Assembly (NCBI RefSeq): GCF_001194135.2
Contig: NC_068992.1
Location: 58,123,778-58,174,613 of the forward strand
Direction: 5' to 3'
DNA length: 50,836 nucleotides
Source of the DNA: Octopus bimaculoides
Taxonomy: Eukaryota
Shown here: piece by piece, positions 48,728-50,836 of the stretch
How positions within the stretch are numbered: the stretch's first letter is position 1
How the letters are laid out: every line of letters begins with the position of its first letter
The notes under the pieces: model-generated
The model's database searches: none
What the model saw: the letters and a program-made list of their open reading frames with translations, nothing else
Told to the model about the DNA's origin: nothing
Position numbers and translations under genes: made by a program

Positions 48728-49296
48728 CATACACATTCATATACACACACACACATTCATATATACACACATACACACAATCACATACACACACATTCAT
48801 TCAAACACACACAATGAGTTTTCCAGTTTCTGTCTACTAAATCCACTCACAAGGCTTTGGTTAATGTGGGACTTTGATAGAAGTCACTTACTCAAGGTAC
48901 CACCCAGGGAGAACCTAGAACCTTGTAGTTGCAAAACAAACTTCTTATCGCACAGCCACACCTGCGTCTATAGAACAAAATGTTTACAAAAACTTCTTTT
49001 TTTTTTTTAATAAAAATACCTGTTGTTTCTGATAAGCTAAAGATAAGGGAATGTGTTAAAAAAAATGTTTTGTTAATCATAATTATATTTTGATTTGTGA
49101 TATGATACAATTTGTGTTGCTATATATGAGATAAATATGTTATTTGTTGAATTTGCTTACTTGATTTGGGCCTATCTGACTGTCTCTATCTGTTTATATC
49201 TATCTACATCTATCAGTTTGTTTCTGTCTGTTTGTTGGTCAGTCTGTCTGTCTCTCTTATATACCTTGTTATCCTCTTTCCATGGCCATTTTCCCT

Positions 49297-49590
49297 GCTG
49301 TTATGGGTAGAATGGTTTGACAGGAGCTGGCAAGTGAGAAGTCTGCCAAGCTCTACTGACTGGTTTGGCATGGTGTTCTGTGACTGGATGCCCTTCCTAA
49401 CGTCAACCACTCTACAGAATATAATGGGTGCTTTTTTGCATGACACCAGCATTAGTGAGGTTTACCAAGTAACTTGCAAAACAAGACCCATCAACTGGGA
49501 GGAGGGGGTAGTATTGAGGGACAGAGAAGATGTCTTGTATTAGAAGAGAAACCTGGCTACCTTAAATGAAGAGAGAGAGAGAGAGAGAGA
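49297..49590 (-). mobile_element. Long family A-related retroposon
   Basis: actggatgcccttcctaacgtcaaccactctac...accaagtaacttgcaaaacaag; parallels 16806-17290. Confidence 0.75.
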
Positions 49591-50101
49591 GAGAGGAAAG
49601 AAAGATGGTGAAGATGCGACAGGGAGGAAGTAGGGGGTGTACACCCAAGTTACAGGGTGGGGTGTATTTAGCGAGGCGGACTGGTTGAGTTCACAAAGTT
49701 TTGAAAAGGGAGTGGGAGTGAGAAGTGGAGGGATGTAATGAATGGGTACTGGTAGAGGGAAGGGGGTATTAGGAGAATATGTTGTGGGGAAGGGATTTTA
49801 ATGGGGGAAGAGAAAAAAAGAGAAAGAGCAGTGGTGGGCATGGCTGGGTTGTGGGGAAGAGGATCATGGATGTGGATTTTTACATAGCTGGGTAGGTCCT
49901 TTCAAGCACAACAAATCACCAGTTGTCTTGTTCCTTTGTTGAGAAGGGATTTAAGAGGGACATAATAATGTCTGCCTGTCAGTCTGTCTCTCTCTCTCTA
50001 TATATATGTGTGTGTACGTGTCTGTCTATATATGTGCATGTGTATGTGTGTGCGTGTGTGTGTATATATATGTGTGTGTGAAGTCTGATCAAAAAGTACA
50101 C

Positions 50102-50163
<62 letters not shown>

Positions 50164-50164
50164 A

Positions 50165-50198
<34 letters not shown>

Positions 50199-50201
<3 letters not shown>

Positions 50202-50570
50202 GTCTGATCATTAAGTATACAGACTGTTGCCATAGTAACGAAGGTAAATCATGCAGAATGAAGCTGCTTGGCAAAGATTGACCTTGACCTGCGCTGTGCA
50301 TGTGCACTAAGTTTTAACATTCTAGCTCACTACTGCTGTTTACAGCAGTGCTTGGAAGGAAGATGTGTAGCATGTGATCATCACATTGACCATAACAGAG
50401 AAAGTTGTCATGGTGATACGTGTTCAGAGGCCTACGTAAAGTTGCAGAAAGTGTATGGAGAGGAGTATATGAGCTGCACCCGGGTGGTTCAAACATTTCC
50501 AAGATGGCCAATAAAATGTTGATATTGGCGAACATTCTCAGAAACCTGTAACTAGCAGAACTGAGAAAAT
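50199..50570 (+). mobile_element. Second copy of the 22009 mariner 5' half
   Basis: ggtctgatcattaagtatacagactgttgccatagtaacg...; translates GDTCSEAYVKLQKVYGEEYMSCT; colinear with 22009-22420. Confidence 0.9.
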
Positions 50571-50676
50571 CATGGTGCTTCTCCCTGATACAAAATCAAA
50601 CTGCATCTCATCTCTCTCTCTCTCTCTTTATCTCTCTCTCTCTTTATCTCTCTCTCTCTTTCTTTCTCTCTCTCTT

Positions 50677-50707
<31 letters not shown>

Positions 50708-50710
50708 ATA

Positions 50711-50836
50711 ATTTATATAAGGGCATTAACTATATAGTAATGCCTCACGCTTAGAGGGACTAAAAAAGTCAAAAACTACCAAAAAATAAGCAACATATTT
50801 ACCGAAAGCGAGGGAATGCAACTTTCAAAAATTAAT
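50711..50836 (+). mobile_element. Probable terminus of a dispersed element running off the window
   Basis: atttatataagggcatta is identical to the base of the 34391 hairpin arm, followed by the internal palindrome ggcatta..taatgcc. Confidence 0.45.

Overview
Eukaryotic, AT-rich, microsatellite-saturated DNA with ten assembly N-gaps. The repeat content (tRNA-headed SINEs with CORE-like segments, RTE-type (GAT)n tails, dense (CA)n/(TA)n/(ATT)n) suggests an octopus/coleoid genome; this is inference and was not database-checked. I find no intact protein-coding gene, tRNA, rRNA or CRISPR array, and almost all supplied ORFs are translations of microsatellites or SINEs. The window reads as an intron or intergenic block. 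About six SINE modules (my labels A, B, C, D, E, F, I) recur in modular head/tail combinations. DNA transposon relics are two mariner families, a TTAA-flanked piggyBac-type MITE and a Helentron-associated (HINE/DINE-1-like) element. Non-LTR relics are an R4/Dong-type restriction-like endonuclease fragment and probable RTE fragments. The most notable observations are three isolated near-perfect hairpins (12660-12855, 22984-23070, 34391-34505), several closely spaced inverted SINE pairs that would form long dsRNA (relevant to ADAR editing), same-strand SINE trains, a candidate 10-nt microexon, candidate non-coding exons and two hammerhead-ribozyme-like cores. Coordinates were counted by hand and may be off by a few bases.
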